This document shows positions 13,601 through 28,600 of a stretch of DNA of 64,000 nt, one piece after another. The position numbers and the translations under genes are program-made. Each line of letters starts with the position of its first letter. Position 1 is the stretch's first letter. The stretch is from contig OZ024742.1 in NCBI GenBank assembly GCA_964016885.1, forward strand, positions 205,158,001 through 205,222,000. The letters run 5' to 3'. The notes under the pieces are model-generated. The model searched no databases. It had not been told where the DNA came from and saw only the letters and a list, made by a program, of their open reading frames with translations. The stretch is from Eledone cirrhosa. Taxonomy: Eukaryota.

Positions 13601-16600
13601 GTGTGTCCCACCGTTCCAGATGCTTTCAGCATTTCAGCAACTATCTCCGAAAGCCCAGCTGCCTTGCCTGTCTTCATATCTTTGATTGCCTTACTTATTA
13701 TATTACCTTCAACTTGCACTGCTGGTCCCTCTATTGGATCGATGTAGGGCAGACTATCTTTGTCCCATTTATTCTCCTCATTTAGTAGCCTCTCATAGTG
13801 ACACTTCCAAGCTACCTTCTTATCAACGTCAGTGATGGCAAGTACACCATCATCATTATGGACACACTTCTCCCCGACAATATCACGGTTTTTTTAGACA
13901 CATTGCCTAGCAATCCTGAACACCTCACGTTTTTGGTCCTCGCATTGTAGATCATGCTTGAACTCTCTTTCCTCTGCTTCCCTTCTTGCAAAGTACACTT
14001 GTCTCCTGGCCACTTGATAGTGTTCTCTACTTCCCCCATCCCGCCATACTTTCCAAGCCTGCTTTTTGGCCTTGATTGACTCCTCCACCTTACTGTTCCA
14101 CCACCACGTTACTCTCCTCCTGCCTATAGGTCTGCTCCAGCCACAGATTTCATCTGTCGCCTTCAGCAGGTTTGCCTCAGGAATTCCCACTGTTCCTCTA
14201 TATTGTACAACTCTAATTGCTCTTCCTTACTGTCAAAAGCATCAAGTAATATGCTTTTTTAATTTATTACTGGCTGTGGGGTCCTTTAGCTTCCATATTT
14301 TTCTCCTGAGGATAGTCCTCCTCTGTTGTCGAGTATGTCTTGTCCTGACTATGAGGTCGCTAACTATGAGTCTATGTTGGGAGGTGCATTCTTCATGGGG
14401 GAGGGATTTTGTGTTTACAACAGACACTCTGTCACGTCTTCTGGTAAGGATATAATCTATCTGACTGGCGTGTTCCCTTCTTTATCTTTGACATTGTCAT
14501 TGAGTGTCCAGATTTTTCAGACTCTCCAGAATTCTATAGTTATCTAGCATATCAAAAAGCAACCAGGTCTAAACTTAAAGAGTGATAGCCGAGGCGGTGG
14601 TTTTGTGAAAGAGATTGGTAGGAGAAACATATTATAAGCTGCTGAATTATGATTGGACCAAATAATAATGGTGGCGAGTGAGGGCGGGGGCAGGGATCTG
14701 GTGGCAAGTGAGGGTGGGGGGATAATATAAAGTACCAGTAATGCACTGGGATCAATATAATCAACTTTCCCTCTCCCTCCAAATTGCTGGCCCTGTGTCT
14801 GTAGAAACCATTATTATTATTATCTTCAATGTAGATATGGTTGGTTTGTCTGGTTTAATTACTCCATCGCTTCATGAAATGGTTTACGTGGCACAAGAAA
14901 TGGAGAGAATTGGTATGAAGATTCCATTATTGATTGGAGGAGCAACAACATCAAAGTAAGTGTATTACTACTGATATTACATCAACACACACACACAGTC
15001 ATGTCATACTTCTACTTCACATACACTAAACATACATACTCACACACACACTGTTACATGTACACCATTACATGTACACCATTACATACACCATCAGACA
15101 CATATACACACGCTGCTGCTGGTGCCTTCTCCTCCTTCTCCTCATCCCCTTCATCCTCATCTCCTTCACCCTAATCCCCTTCACCCTCATCCACTTTACC
15201 TCCATCCTCTTCACCCTCATCCCCTTCACTCTCATCCCCTTCACCTCCATTCCCTTCACTCTCGTCCCCTTCGCCCTCATCCCCTTCACCCTCATCCTCT
15301 TCACCCTCCTCCCCATCCTCCTCCTTACCCTCCTCTTTCTTCTTCGGAAGGTCATGAGGGTCCTATCAATAGCAACCACCTCTGATTAATCAAGATGTTT
15401 CTCTATTTGCTCAGCTATGCTCTGTGATTCATACAAATTATATTGCACATCCACCAGAACATGCTTGCCTCATTTCTCTCCCCTTTGTGCATAGTCTCTG
15501 CATGTATTGCTCATGTCTCACTACCATGCAGCATACAGTCGTCCTTTTGTTTGTAGAGAGAAACCTTTTGTTGTCAACAGAAGTAGTAACTCTCTGAAGC
15601 ATTTCCATTTTGTTCTTATTCTAACTACTAATTAGATCTTCTAGGTAACAGAAGCTATCAACTACTTCTATAGAATCTTCCTGGGATTGGAAAAAGTATA
15701 TTTTACTGATGCATTTACCACATACAAATTCTACCTTTTCTGTCCCACTACACCGCTTATGTACTCAAGATTTACACTGTGTACATCATGTAGAATTTCT
15801 ACCTATATCTTTGCAATATATCATGTATGTTGTAGTTTGAGAGGATCATGCTGCTAATCAAAAAACATGTACTGGTATTTTCATTTCAGTTTTATTATCT
15901 ACCAGGTAATTAATCCACAAATGAGTTGGTTAATCAACTAATTAATTAATTGTCCCACGTTCTTTTATCACAGCCTGTGACCTTATCAAAGACTCTTACT
16001 CTCTATGTCTTTATCTCTAATTTCTTCAACTTTTCTGTCTTCAAGATCCTGGAGTAAATGTGGACAAAGAGGACATAGTCGTTGATAAGGTCATGACCCT
16101 CCCAAAATATAACATTGTAACAGATTAAAGGTAAAAACATTTTGATATGACTAATTTCAAAATATTTATTGATTATCATTCTCTAGGCAACATACAGCTG
16201 TGAAAATCTCTCCTGTCTATTCTGGACCCACTATTTATGTCCCAGATGCATCCAAGAGTGTATTCGTTGTAAGTATTTGTTTCAGTTCTCTAGAAATACT
16301 ACCGAGGTCAACTTTGCCTTTCATCCATTCAAGGCCGATAAAAAAAGTACCAGTCTAGTTAGTTCTGGGATTGATTTTTCCTCTATAATTCTTTCTCACT
16401 CCCATTCTCTCACTTTCTATCTTTCTCTAGAATTCAGACCTGGAGAAGAGATAGGCTCTGCCAGGTTTTAAAAATGTCCTCAAATACCGTATGTCAATAC
16501 AACACTCCTAAAACTCCCTCAGGAGTTACGGGACGATGCATGCAATCTTTAAAAAGTCATATAATCTTTTATTGATCCCTTTTCTTACTTATTGATTTGT

Positions 16601-19600
16601 TTATCTAATTCTTATAGGGTTTTATACATACATAGATGCTAGTTTTCTTATATTTCCTCCACTCTTTAGGAATATTTTAATCTGGTATGATTAAAGTACA
16701 CCAATATGATAACTGACGGCATGCCATTGAGTATAGCCACCCTTTTTGCCCCCTCCCCCCTTTATAAAGATTCAAGGCTTCCTTATCACCAATGACTGAA
16801 ACATATAACAGGTTGGGTTACATATTGCCAGTAGTGCTCAAGAGCAGCTTGACATATGTATACATACACATATCATGCATATACTCAAAACTAGGAACAA
16901 AATTATAGCAAGAGTTGCCTCCCTTGTTGTGACAATCACATCACCGCTCTCTAGACAGGAAGTAGCTGAAGTTACTTCCCGTTGGGGTGGCAGAACCCTT
17001 TTTGTCACTTCTGTCCTGGGACCCTATAAAAGGGATAGGTCAGAGCGATCTCACTCTCTTCTAACTAGCCTGGCCCCTCGGCCAGACGCATTCACCGATG
17101 CTCTATTCTCTGGCAACCCTAACATCGTCTCTTGCAAGCTCACTTCAAAACGGTAACAAATAACTTTACTTCATTCTTTCATCTACCCATGGACATGTCA
17201 ACAATTCTATTCTACATAACTTCAACTTGTTAATTAAACTTTATACACACAACTGAGTTTTCTGCTATATTCATACAACCCAGAACTTTGTTATAAAATG
17301 ATCCTTGGATGTTGGATAATAAAGGAATAGAAGTAATGTAAAGCGAAGGACTGTTTTACCTTGCTGCAGCTAAGAAAACTTCTGTTGTGTGTGTGTAGGG
17401 GGGGGGGGGGGTCATTATAAAATGCACCCAGTACACTCTATAAAATAGTTGATGAATGAATAGAGATTCTGTAGTCTTGCCAAGAAGAAGGCAACTTCTT
17501 TAGCTATGGTGCCATGATAAAATACACTCTGTACACATTGTAAAGTGATTGTCAAATGAATGGAGAATATGTAGAATAAAGAGGACTCTTTAGTGTTGCC
17601 ATGATAAAATGCATCTAGAACATTCTGTCAAATAGTTGGTAATAGGAAAGACATCCAGCTGTAGAAACAATACCAAAAATGGAATGTATGAGTGAGATGT
17701 TATTCCAATCTGAATAAAAACTGACTAGCAGAGAAAAGTGTACATAAAATAATGGTATACATGCATGCGCGCGCGCACACACACACATACAAGTTATGAA
17801 ATTAACTTCCCATAGATTAATTGACCCCCACACACACATACACTCACTCACACCTTATATTTTCCATTTACCATCTAGTGTTCTGCTTTGATGAAGAAAG
17901 AATCTCTCCCAGAATATTTGGAAGAAATATCTGAAGACTATGATGAAATACGGCAAGATTATTTAGATTCTTTGAAGGTTTGTTATTATTATGGTAGAGT
18001 CGAACAAAATGCTTTGCAATATTTAGTTATGGCCCTTTACGTTCTGAGTTCAAATCCCGCCAAGGTTAACTTTGCCTTTCATCCTTACGGGGTTGATGAA
18101 ATAAAGTACCAGTAATGCACTGGGTAATTGCTGGCCTTGTGCCAATAGTAGAAACAATTATTATGGTTTGGCAGTATGAAAAGAGCATTGGACATGACAC
18201 CATGCTTTATGGCTAATGCAACACAAAGGTGGCAATCAGGTGCATTGGCAAAATATTGAGTATAGATGCAGTCATGAGTGAATGGTTAATAAGTTTATTT
18301 CCCAATCTTAAGTTTTCATGTTTGACCCCAACACTATCTGGTATCATGGACATGTCGACCCAAGCCTTGTCAGTGAACGGGAGCAGAGAGAAATTGTTCA
18401 GAAAACATTTGGTTGACATTACATATATTTCAAAGGTCCATTTTTGGTTGACAGTATATATATATAATTCAAAGGTCCATTTTAGGTTGACAGTAGAAAT
18501 ATTTCAAAGGTCCACTTTTGGATGACGGTACATATAATTCAAAGGTCCATTTTAGGTTGACAGTAGAAATGTTTCAAAGGTCCACTTTTGGTTGATAGTA
18601 CATATATTTCAAAGGTCCACTTTTGGTTGATAGTATATATATATTTCAAAGGTCCAGTCTTATCAGACATTGTGTCATGCTGATTCTATCTAAGAACTCT
18701 GTTAAGGGTATGGGTGCCTGTGAAATAGTAAGCTACAGTTTTGTTGAGGGTACACAAGTCTATGATATAGTCAGTTACATGTTGAGGATACACTAGTCTG
18801 TGATATATAATCTGCTACATGTTAAGGGTACACTTGCCTGAGAAATAGTTAGCTACATGTTAATGGTACACATATCTGTGGAATAGTCAGCTACATGTTA
18901 AGGGTACAGAAGTCTGTGATATAGTCAGCTACATGTTAAGGGTACACTAGTTTGTGATATTGTCAGCTACATGTTAAAGGTACACTAGTCTGTGGAATAG
19001 TCAGCTCCGTGTTAATGGTACACTAGTCTGCGATATTGTCAGCTACATGTTAAGGGTACACATGTCTGTGGAATAGTGAGCTACATGTTAAGGGTAAACT
19101 AGTCTGCGATATTGTCAGCTACATGTTAAGGGTACACATGTCTGTGGAATAGTCAGTTACATGTTAAAAGTACACGTGTCTGTGGAATAGCTACATGTTA
19201 AGGGTGCACATGTCTGGAATAGTCAGCTACATGTCTGTGGAATAGCTACATATTAATGGTACACTAGTCTGTGATATTGTCAGCTACATGTTATGTTAAG
19301 GGTACATGTGTCTGTTATATTGTCAGCTACATGTTAAGGGTACATGTGTCTGTGATATAGTCAGCTACATGTTATGTTAAGGGTACACATGTCTGAACAG
19401 GTAGGCCTCTCCATTGATTAAATAACTGAAACATTCTGATGGATGTCCATAAACCTTTTACACACACTACACACACAACACAACACAACACACACTACAC
19501 ACACACACACTACAAATACACACACAACACAACACACACTACACTACACACACTACACACACACACTACACTACACACACACATACACACTACACAGAAC

Positions 19601-22600
19601 ACACTACACACACACACTACACACACACTATACACTCACTACACATACACACTATACACTCACTACACATACACACACACTATATACTCACTACACATAC
19701 ACATACACTACACACTACACTACACACAGCATACACACACTACACATACACATATCTACACACACACTATACACACACACAAACACACTTCACACATGCA
19801 CTACACACACTCTACAGATATCAATACAACTGTTTTATTTCTAGAATCGTGTATATTTAAACTTGAATGAAGCTCAAGCGAGGAAGTTCCAGATTGACTG
19901 GTCTGTGGAACCTCCAGCATGTAAGTTAATTTTATTTCACATATCTAGTATTGGTGCTACATTAAAATGTACCCAGTACCATTTTGTAACCATATTTCTA
20001 ATGAAATACATTGTGTGTTAATTAATTAATAAAGAATTCTGAGAGATTTATTAAAATTATTTATAATTTAACCCTTTAGCGTTTAAACCTGCCATATCCA
20101 AACAGAATTCTCTCACCTCTTTCTGTTCAAACTGGTTGTAACTGGCTGCTCATACTGATCTTAAGGTATTGTTCTCAAAATAAATATCAAAATCTTGTAG
20201 ATTCAATATTCTGTGAGATACTTATGAGATAAATCCTTTTTCTGTGAAAATACAATAGTAAATATAGAGTAATCATCATCATCGTTTAATGTCCATCTTC
20301 CAATCTAGCATGGTTTAGATGGTTTTGTTCCATTTGATGTGGGATTGGTCGGGAGACCATGTCTCGCTTGTACGGAACTGTCTGTGGCAAGTTTACTGCA
20401 ACTGGATGCCCTTCCTAACACCAATCACATTTCTGTGTGGACTGGGAGCCTTTTTAACATGTCTCCTACATGGCCACTTTACAGTGAATGCTAAAGGGTT
20501 AATTAAATATTGTAATTTGCTTGAAGCATTGTGGAATAAAAAATATAAATTTAAATAAGTTTAAATATTTGGAAGCCCAACAGTGCGTGAAAGATTAAAA
20601 GTGCCAAGATAATAGGAGTTATAGAGAATAAAAGACTGAGAAAAGAGTGAGGATGGTAGAATTTTACCTTAGCAATTTTATTGATCTCAAATATTTTCGG
20701 ATTTAAAATCCATTCTCAAGGGAGAGGGTCCATGTAGAGGTATTTAAAGAGTATTTTTCAAATAGTATTTGTAAAATAACTTGACAAAAGGTTCTTATAT
20801 AAAAATATGTTGGAAAGTTTTAATTTAAATATGAACACTAATCATTTTGTTATCATATTTCTCATGAAAGACACCACCTGTAATTTTCAAATAATTTTGA
20901 AAATATTCACGAATTTGGAAGTATTGTTTCTTTATTAAGCTGGTGTTTGGAACGTATCTTAACAAAAGTTCTTAATTAAATTGTGACTGGAGGTTTTTAT
21001 ATAAATATAAAAACTTGAAAACAGTTTTATAATAATAATAATGAAATCATTGTGTACAGTGCTCAGGTGCACTACTACTCATCAAAGGTGCATGTATAGT
21101 ACATAGAATAATGTACAAATGTCAGGAAAGTGAACAGTGTATGAGTCATGATATACATACACACACACAACACACACATATGCATACATGTGTATGGAGT
21201 GGTGAATATCAGGTGTAGTGTTGGCAAATTTCAGGAAGCATGGAAGATTTGAAGGATGCAGTGTCGTGACAGCTAACAACTGATGCAGGTAGTTTGTTCC
21301 ATGCTTCAGTAACTTTGAGAGTGAAAAAATGTTTCCGAAAGTCATGGAAGTTGTAGTGTTTTCTGATTTTGTAAACATGTCCATGGCTGTTAGACATATG
21401 GAATTAAAAAGGGTGTTCAGGGTTGTTTTCTATCATAGAGCCAGAGTGGTTTTATATAGTTTGGTATTAAAGGGAATAAAATGGTTGGTTTTGTTTTGCA
21501 GAAGCAGAAGATTTGTGTCAGAATGGTTGATTATAAAATTAATTTCTGATTAATCTGTTTTTTCATCATACAGCGCCCCCTACATTTTATGGAATTAAGA
21601 AGTTTGTTGACTGCAGTCTGGAAGAATTAATACCATATATTGATTGGAAGCCATTTTTTGATGTTTGGCAGCTGAAAGGGAAATATCCCAATCGAGGTTA
21701 TCCTAAAATCTTTAATGATCCTTCAGTTGGTAAGTGTTGGCATAGAATTATTTTCAGAATTGGCTGTAAGTGGTGCAAGGGTTGAGTGCTTGATTGTTTG
21801 GTTTGGCGTTCCATTTCACTATTATTGCCCATCATCATCGTTTAACATCTATCTTCCACACTAGCATGGGTTAGATGAGGAATTGTCCCACTTGAGGCAA
21901 GATTGATCGAGTGACCATGTCTCGCTCATATAGGACTGTATCTGGCAGGTTTTTTACGGCTGGATGCCCTTCCTAACACTAAACTATATTTAGAACTCAC
22001 TATACATTAAAGCTGGGTGATATTGAGTTGGTACGTCATTGGACAATGGGTTGATGATGGAAGCAGTTTGTGATATATTAATAATAAATTTTATTCACAC
22101 TTGTATAAATAACATTACAAATTGTTCACAATTCTTTCAGAATGAAAATATAAACACAAATATAAACATATATAATAAATACAATTAACTATTGCTAGGA
22201 ACCTCACAAATATAACACATCAAAATATATGACTAGAGAGAGAAAGAAAGAGAAAAAGGGAAAACAAAAACAACTATCAAGTGTGACAATCGGCCGCACA
22301 TCACAAGGGTCAATGGAATATTTTGTGGCAAGCTGATAAGTTCGCAGCATTACCACGGGTGACATTAGTTTACAGTAGTGACTTATTGGGTTCAGAGACA
22401 AGACACTTAGCTCCCTCTCTTGAGGAAAAAAGAAAAGAATTAATCCACCCACTGTTGTGGATTCAATTCCTTGACTGTGTTGTGTTTTGAGCAAAACAGT
22501 TCATTTCACATTGCTCCAGTATACTCAGCTGAAAATGAGTACCAGCAATAGCTGGGAATTTAACCCTACAATGGACTGGTGTCCTGTCCAGGGGAAGTCT

Positions 22601-25600
22601 TGTATTCTCAGTTGCTTAATGCAATGGAAACCAGGATAAGCACCAGCCTGATGAGCTTCTGGGCTCGAGACCAACTTCAGACTTTAGATTGTAATGGTAG
22701 AGTAGGGTATAGTTTACTGTACTTTATCCCTGATAGAGACACGTGTCAGCAGCCCAGTGCACCTGACTGTATGTAGGTACCACAACATGGTATAGCTCTT
22801 TGTACTGTATCTATGGCCAAGGTATTTAATTATCAACAGTCACAGTCCACTGAGCTGTAAGTAGGTACCAGAGTATGGCGGAGTGGTGGTGGTGATGATG
22901 ATGGTGGTCATGTTGATTGTGGTGATGATGATGGTGGTGGAGGTGGTGGCAGTGGTGGTGGTCATGTTGATTGTGGTGACGGTGGTGGTGGTGATGGTGG
23001 TGGTCATGATGATGATGATGATAATGGTGGTGGTATTGATAGTGGTGGTGATGGTCATGATGATGATGGTGGTGATGATAAAGGTGAGGATAATGAATTA
23101 TATTGTTCTCACCAGGTGCAATGGCCAAGAAGTTATTTGAAGATGCCCAAGAATTACTAAAGAAAATCATAAGTGAGAAGTCTTTGAAAGCTAATGGTGT
23201 TATTGCATTCTACTGCGCCAATTCCAATGGTGATGATATTGAACTCTATGATGAAGATAGAAAAGTTATTGCAGTCTTTTATGGCTTAAGACAACAGGTG
23301 TGTATGTTTGTGTTTACTTGCATGTATGAGTGTATGTGTTAATGTGTACATGTTTCTATGTGTTAGTGTGGCCATGTGTTGCTGTGTACATGTATTAGTG
23401 TGTACATGTGTTAATGTGTGTATGTGTATGTGTTCATGTGTGTATGTGTTAATGTGTGTATGTGTTTGTGTGTGTTCATGTGTATGTGTTTGTGTGTTCA
23501 TGTGTGTATGTGTTAATGTGTGTATGTGTTAGTGTGTGTTCATGTGTGTATGTGTATGTGTTCATCTGTGTATGTGTTAATGTTCATGTATGTTTGTTTA
23601 GTGTGTGTTAATGTGTCAGTGTGTTAGTGTATGTTCATGGGTGTATATGTTCATGTGTGTATGTGTTAGTGTGTGTTCATGTGTGTATGTGTTAGTGTGT
23701 GTTCATGTATGTATGTGTTAGTGTATGTTCATGTGTGTATGTATTAGTGTGAGTTAATGTGTGTATGTGTTAGTTTGTACACGTGTTAGTATGTCCATTT
23801 GTTAATGTGTGTATGTGTTAGTGTCTGTTAATGTGTGTATGTGTTAGTGCGTATATGTATGTATATACATCCTGAAGGTATGTGGTTTCATGATATTGAT
23901 GTTATTCTCATGATTGTAAGGAGGTGAGTTAGATTCCTGGTGGCACATTTTTACCTTGAGCAAGACATTTTATTTCACATTACTCCAGTCTACACAACTG
24001 GAAAAAATGTGTTATACCTGTAATACAAAGGGATAGCAATAGCATATTTTAAAATGTCAACAGTTCAAATTGAGTATTCTTCACATGGAAACTGCTTTGA
24101 TACTGGTTTATTAATTAGAATATCCTGCAATTTATCAAATGTTACAATTTGCTTGTGTGACCAGTAAATTTGACCCCTTTGTGCACCTAATAACGATTGA
24201 ACAATTTCAACATCCCTCTATTTATACAATATCAACATATCTCTATATAATGTGTAAACTGTAGCTATGTTAACAGTAACTATGCTAACACTAATCCTAA
24301 TCTTTATTCTAATTCTAACCCTTAACCTAATTTCAATTCTAACATTAACTCTCTCACATTCATATCTCTACATCTCTAACTTCACTTAAACAAATAATAA
24401 AACACAAAACATTAACCGTTTTTAAACAAGTTTTATCTTGTTTATTGTATTTTATTATATTCTAGTTTCTCCCTCTCAGCTCCCTATAGCTTACTTTTCT
24501 TATCTTACTTTGAACCACATACACTACAAAAAACTACACAACCATTGTACACATCTCTATATATACAATGTCAACATATCCCTATATATACACTCTGTAA
24601 AATGGTTGTGTTGCTGCCATAATAAATTACACCCAGTACACTCTGTAAAGTGGTTGTGTTGCTGCCATGATAAATTACACCCAGTACACTATGGAAAGTT
24701 GTTTGGTGTTAGGAAGGGTATAAAAACCATGCCAAATATAGAACATATGAGCAAGATGAGGTCTCTCTGACCTGTCTAGTCTCAGATTGTGACAACCTAT
24801 CCAACCCATACCATTTTCAGTTCTTTTCACTGATTAATGTCTATTATCCATGCTTGCATGGGTTGATGGGTTGTCACGTTTTGGGACTAGCCATGTCAGG
24901 GGACCATCTTTTGCTCATGCAGATCTGTTTCTACTAATCCAAATGATCACATTTTTTTACCCACTTGTCAATACTACAATACAAGAGATCAAACCAGCAT
25001 TACATTCTCCATCTAAAGAACCTCAATAAGATGGAACTGTTCAAATTGTTTGTAATAAAGTCCTGTTTGCTTTATATTTTCCTATTTTGAAGTCCAAGAA
25101 TATTCGGAGCCAAAATCCCTATTATTGCATATCTGATTTCATTGCTCCTGTTGAGAGTGGCCTCACCGACCATATTGGATTGTTTGCAGTCACTTCAGGT
25201 GTCGGTGCTGACAAATTGTGTCAACAGTGAGTTGCATTTCTACTTTTATGTTTTGTTACTGTTATTCAAATTAACCCTTTAACATTTACATTACTCTATA
25301 TTTACTATTGTATTTTCCTGGTAAAGGTTTTATTTCATATAATTATCTCACATAATATTGAATCTATAAGATTTTGATGTTATTCATTTTGAGAATGATA
25401 CCTTAACATCAGTATGAGTGGCCAGTTAAGGCCTTTGAACAGAAAGAGGTGAGAGAATTCTGACTGGATACAGCCAGTTTAAATGCTAAATGGTTAACGG
25501 TTAATTGGGTGGTGGATTAGTAGAATCATTAGAGCAACAGATAGATTGCTTTGCAATATTTGTTACAGCTCTTTATGTTCTGAGTTCAAATCCTGCTAAA

Positions 25601-28600
25601 GTCAACTTTGCCTTTCATATTTTCAGTTTTGATAAAATGAAGTATCTACAAACTTTACTGATACTTTGTAGATTGCATCCAAATTTAGGGAAGTCCCTGA
25701 GCAAACTGAGGACAATGGAGTCGAGACAGTTCAGCTCGGCAGTTTCTGCTTCAGCTGTGGGTGAAAGCAGCTTGGTGAGGTGCTGGGTGGCATGAGGATC
25801 TGACTTCTCAGTTCAATCAAAAAGAAGTCAAAAATACCATTTGAGCAAAGAAAGAAGACAACAGAGCTTTGCTTGGAAATAAGTCCTGCTTCTTGCACCT
25901 GTGGTACAAGCAGGCTCAAAATATTACAGTATAGACAGTAAAGTTAAGACATGGGAGGACTTAGAGGTTAACTTCAGATCAACAAATAAAGTGTTCTGGC
26001 AGACCATCTGCCAACTTCATAAGAAGCCCTCCTTCACACGTGCTAGTAGGAACACACCTGGGATTCTCTTCTCTTCAGAGAGATGCATCCTCGCAAAGTT
26101 GAGAGAATACTTTACTGATCTCCTAAACCCGATCAGAACAGCATCTTCTAATTTACACGAGCTCCGTCTGGGAGCGATGATTAATTTCTCTGAGGTTGAG
26201 GTCACAAGAGCAATTAAAGAACTCAAAAGTGGAAAGGTTGCTGGGGAGGATCAAATTCAGCCTAAGATGTTAAGTCTTATATAGAAAAGTTATACTCTGG
26301 CTGACTTCTGTGTGCTGGGTGGTCTAGATCACGAAAAGCACCTAAGCAGTGGCAATCAGGAGTGATAATCCCAATTTTCAAAAAGGGAGACAGAGAGATT
26401 ACTCCAATTATAGAGGGATCTCCTGGTTAAGCCTCCCTGGTAAAGTCTATGCTAAGTGTCTGGCAAAGAGATGTAGGGAGATTGTCGAATACAGGCTAGC
26501 TGTGTGGTTTTCACCCCACAGCTAACCAAATATTCATACACCGGCAGATCTTTGAGAAATCATGGGAGAACTGCCATGAGGTGTATGCTAGTTTTGTAGA
26601 CCTTGAAAAGGCATATGACCATGTTCCACAGGACCTGCTGTAGAAGCTTCTGCAGGAGTGTGAGATCGATAGACAACTTCTTGTTGCCCTGATGTCTCTA
26701 TATGAATACCCTAGTATTTGTGTTTGGATAAATGGTGCTAAATCAAAACCATTCAATGTAGGAGTCAGACTCTGCCAAAGGTGCATACTATCACCTCTCC
26801 TGTTCATAATCTTCATAAACTGAATCAACACGTCTACCTAACTATTTTTTGTCTGAGAATTGGGCAAAATTTCCAAACATAATTTACATAGAATTTGAAG
26901 TTGGTGAAGATCATCAAAATATTGACCCCAAATATAAGCCGACCCCAATTCTACCATCAATTTTTTGGTTACATATTCCTTGGCTTATATTCAAGTATAT
27001 ACAGTAACTGCTTGACAGAAAGAATTTAAGATAAATAATTAAACCAAGAACGAATGGCAGCTGCTTTATAACATGGTTGTTCTGCAAGCAATAAATATAT
27101 AGCTTCTAATCCCATCAGTGGATAGTTGTAAGTTCCTATATGGTATTTGTAACATGTTATAGCTGTTATATTTATAACAAAATACTGGGTTGTATAAGTA
27201 TAAACAGAGACGTGGTTTGTGTGTATAATATTTAATCAACAATTTGTGGTTATATAGAACAGTATAGTTGACATGTCAATGAATAGATGAAAGAATGAAG
27301 CAAAGTTATTAGTTACCGTTTGGTTGCCAGGCGAACGCGCCTGGCCGAAGACGCCTGGCTGAAGGCCAGGAGTCGAAAGGGCGAATGAGAGATAGGGAGC
27401 TGAAAGTTATTCCCTTTATAGGGTTGGAACGGAAGTGACAGAAAGGGTTCTGCCACCAACAAGAAGTAACTCCAACTACTTCCTGTCTAGAGAGCATTAA
27501 TCTATTGGTGATGCGAGTTTCACAACAAGGGAGGCAACTCTTGCTACATTATCTCCCGCCAGATTTTTAAAATATAAAAATCGAATGAAATATGTATGTA
27601 GTAAGTTGGCGAGAATGTTGTAACAGGCATGAAAATTACGAAAAAACTAATGTTTGCAATAATAGGAAAACAGCAAAATATATGCATGCAAAAATCAATG
27701 ATAGATATCAAGGTAGCCAACCGCTCTTGGCCAGAGAACGACTGGACATCTATCTATCCATCACCCAAAGGTACAATGTAATCAAAGTAAGAGAAGAGCT
27801 CAAAGTTCAAATATTTAAAATACAGTTCACAGGTGTGCAATCACATGACAGCAGGAAAGAAAGTGTGTTCCAGAGAATGAATGCAGGTGGTTTCTGTTCT
27901 GTGGTATAACGTGAAATTTCCAACCTCCGAATGGATTTTCTCACAGGAAGAGTGCTGCAAAATAAATTCTCTGGCTTGTTCTGCTGGTTTTGGTTGTTGA
28001 TGAAGCTGTGTTGCTGTTGATGTTGTTGTCGATCGTGAAATGACTGGACTGACTGTGGCTGTCCTAGCGGCTATGCCGCGCAGAGCGAGACCAGTGGAGT
28101 TGTCAACGAGTCGTTGGTTTTTTAGATCCACTAGAAGCGAGAAGTGCTGAAGAAAATCAGCTCCTAAAATAGGTGTCAGCAGCTTAGCCACAACGAATAC
28201 CCACTGGAAAGTGCGGCGTAGTCCCAAATTTAGTGTCAGGGACTGTTCTCCGTAGGTCGGAATATGTGAGTGATTCACTGCCTGGAGCCAGGCTGGTGTC
28301 TCTCTCCTTTTTCCAGGAACGCAGGAAACCGGGATGATGCTCACTTCAGCACCGGTGTCGACCAGGAAACGCGTGCCTGTGACGCGATCCTGAATAAAAA
28401 ATAGGCGACTTTGGTTATGAGGGCCAGAAACGTCTGTCGCATTTAGTTTCTGGCTGTGTCGTTTCTCTGATTCGTTTTCAAAACAAATGAACAGGGATGG
28501 CTGCACTTTTGTGCTCGTCTCCCGAATTTTTGGTGGTACCAACACATTTCTGGTGAATCTCGAGATGCGCTCGGACTTCTGGAGCGACCACCAAATCGTC

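Noticed and set aside
18420-19395. 30-38-bp periodic repeats resembling a CRISPR array
   Set aside because: The units are contiguous with no unique spacers, there are no cas genes, and the context is a eukaryotic intron. These are minisatellites.
22826-23170. His-rich, Thr-rich and Val/Met-rich ORFs (also 15068-15389, 19439-19870, 38544-38992, 61987-62301)
   Set aside because: Translations of simple repeats with no splice or homology support.
28440-28490. Programmed -1 gag-pol frameshift site
   Set aside because: The ORF overlap fits, but no clean X XXY YYZ heptamer could be identified with confidence.
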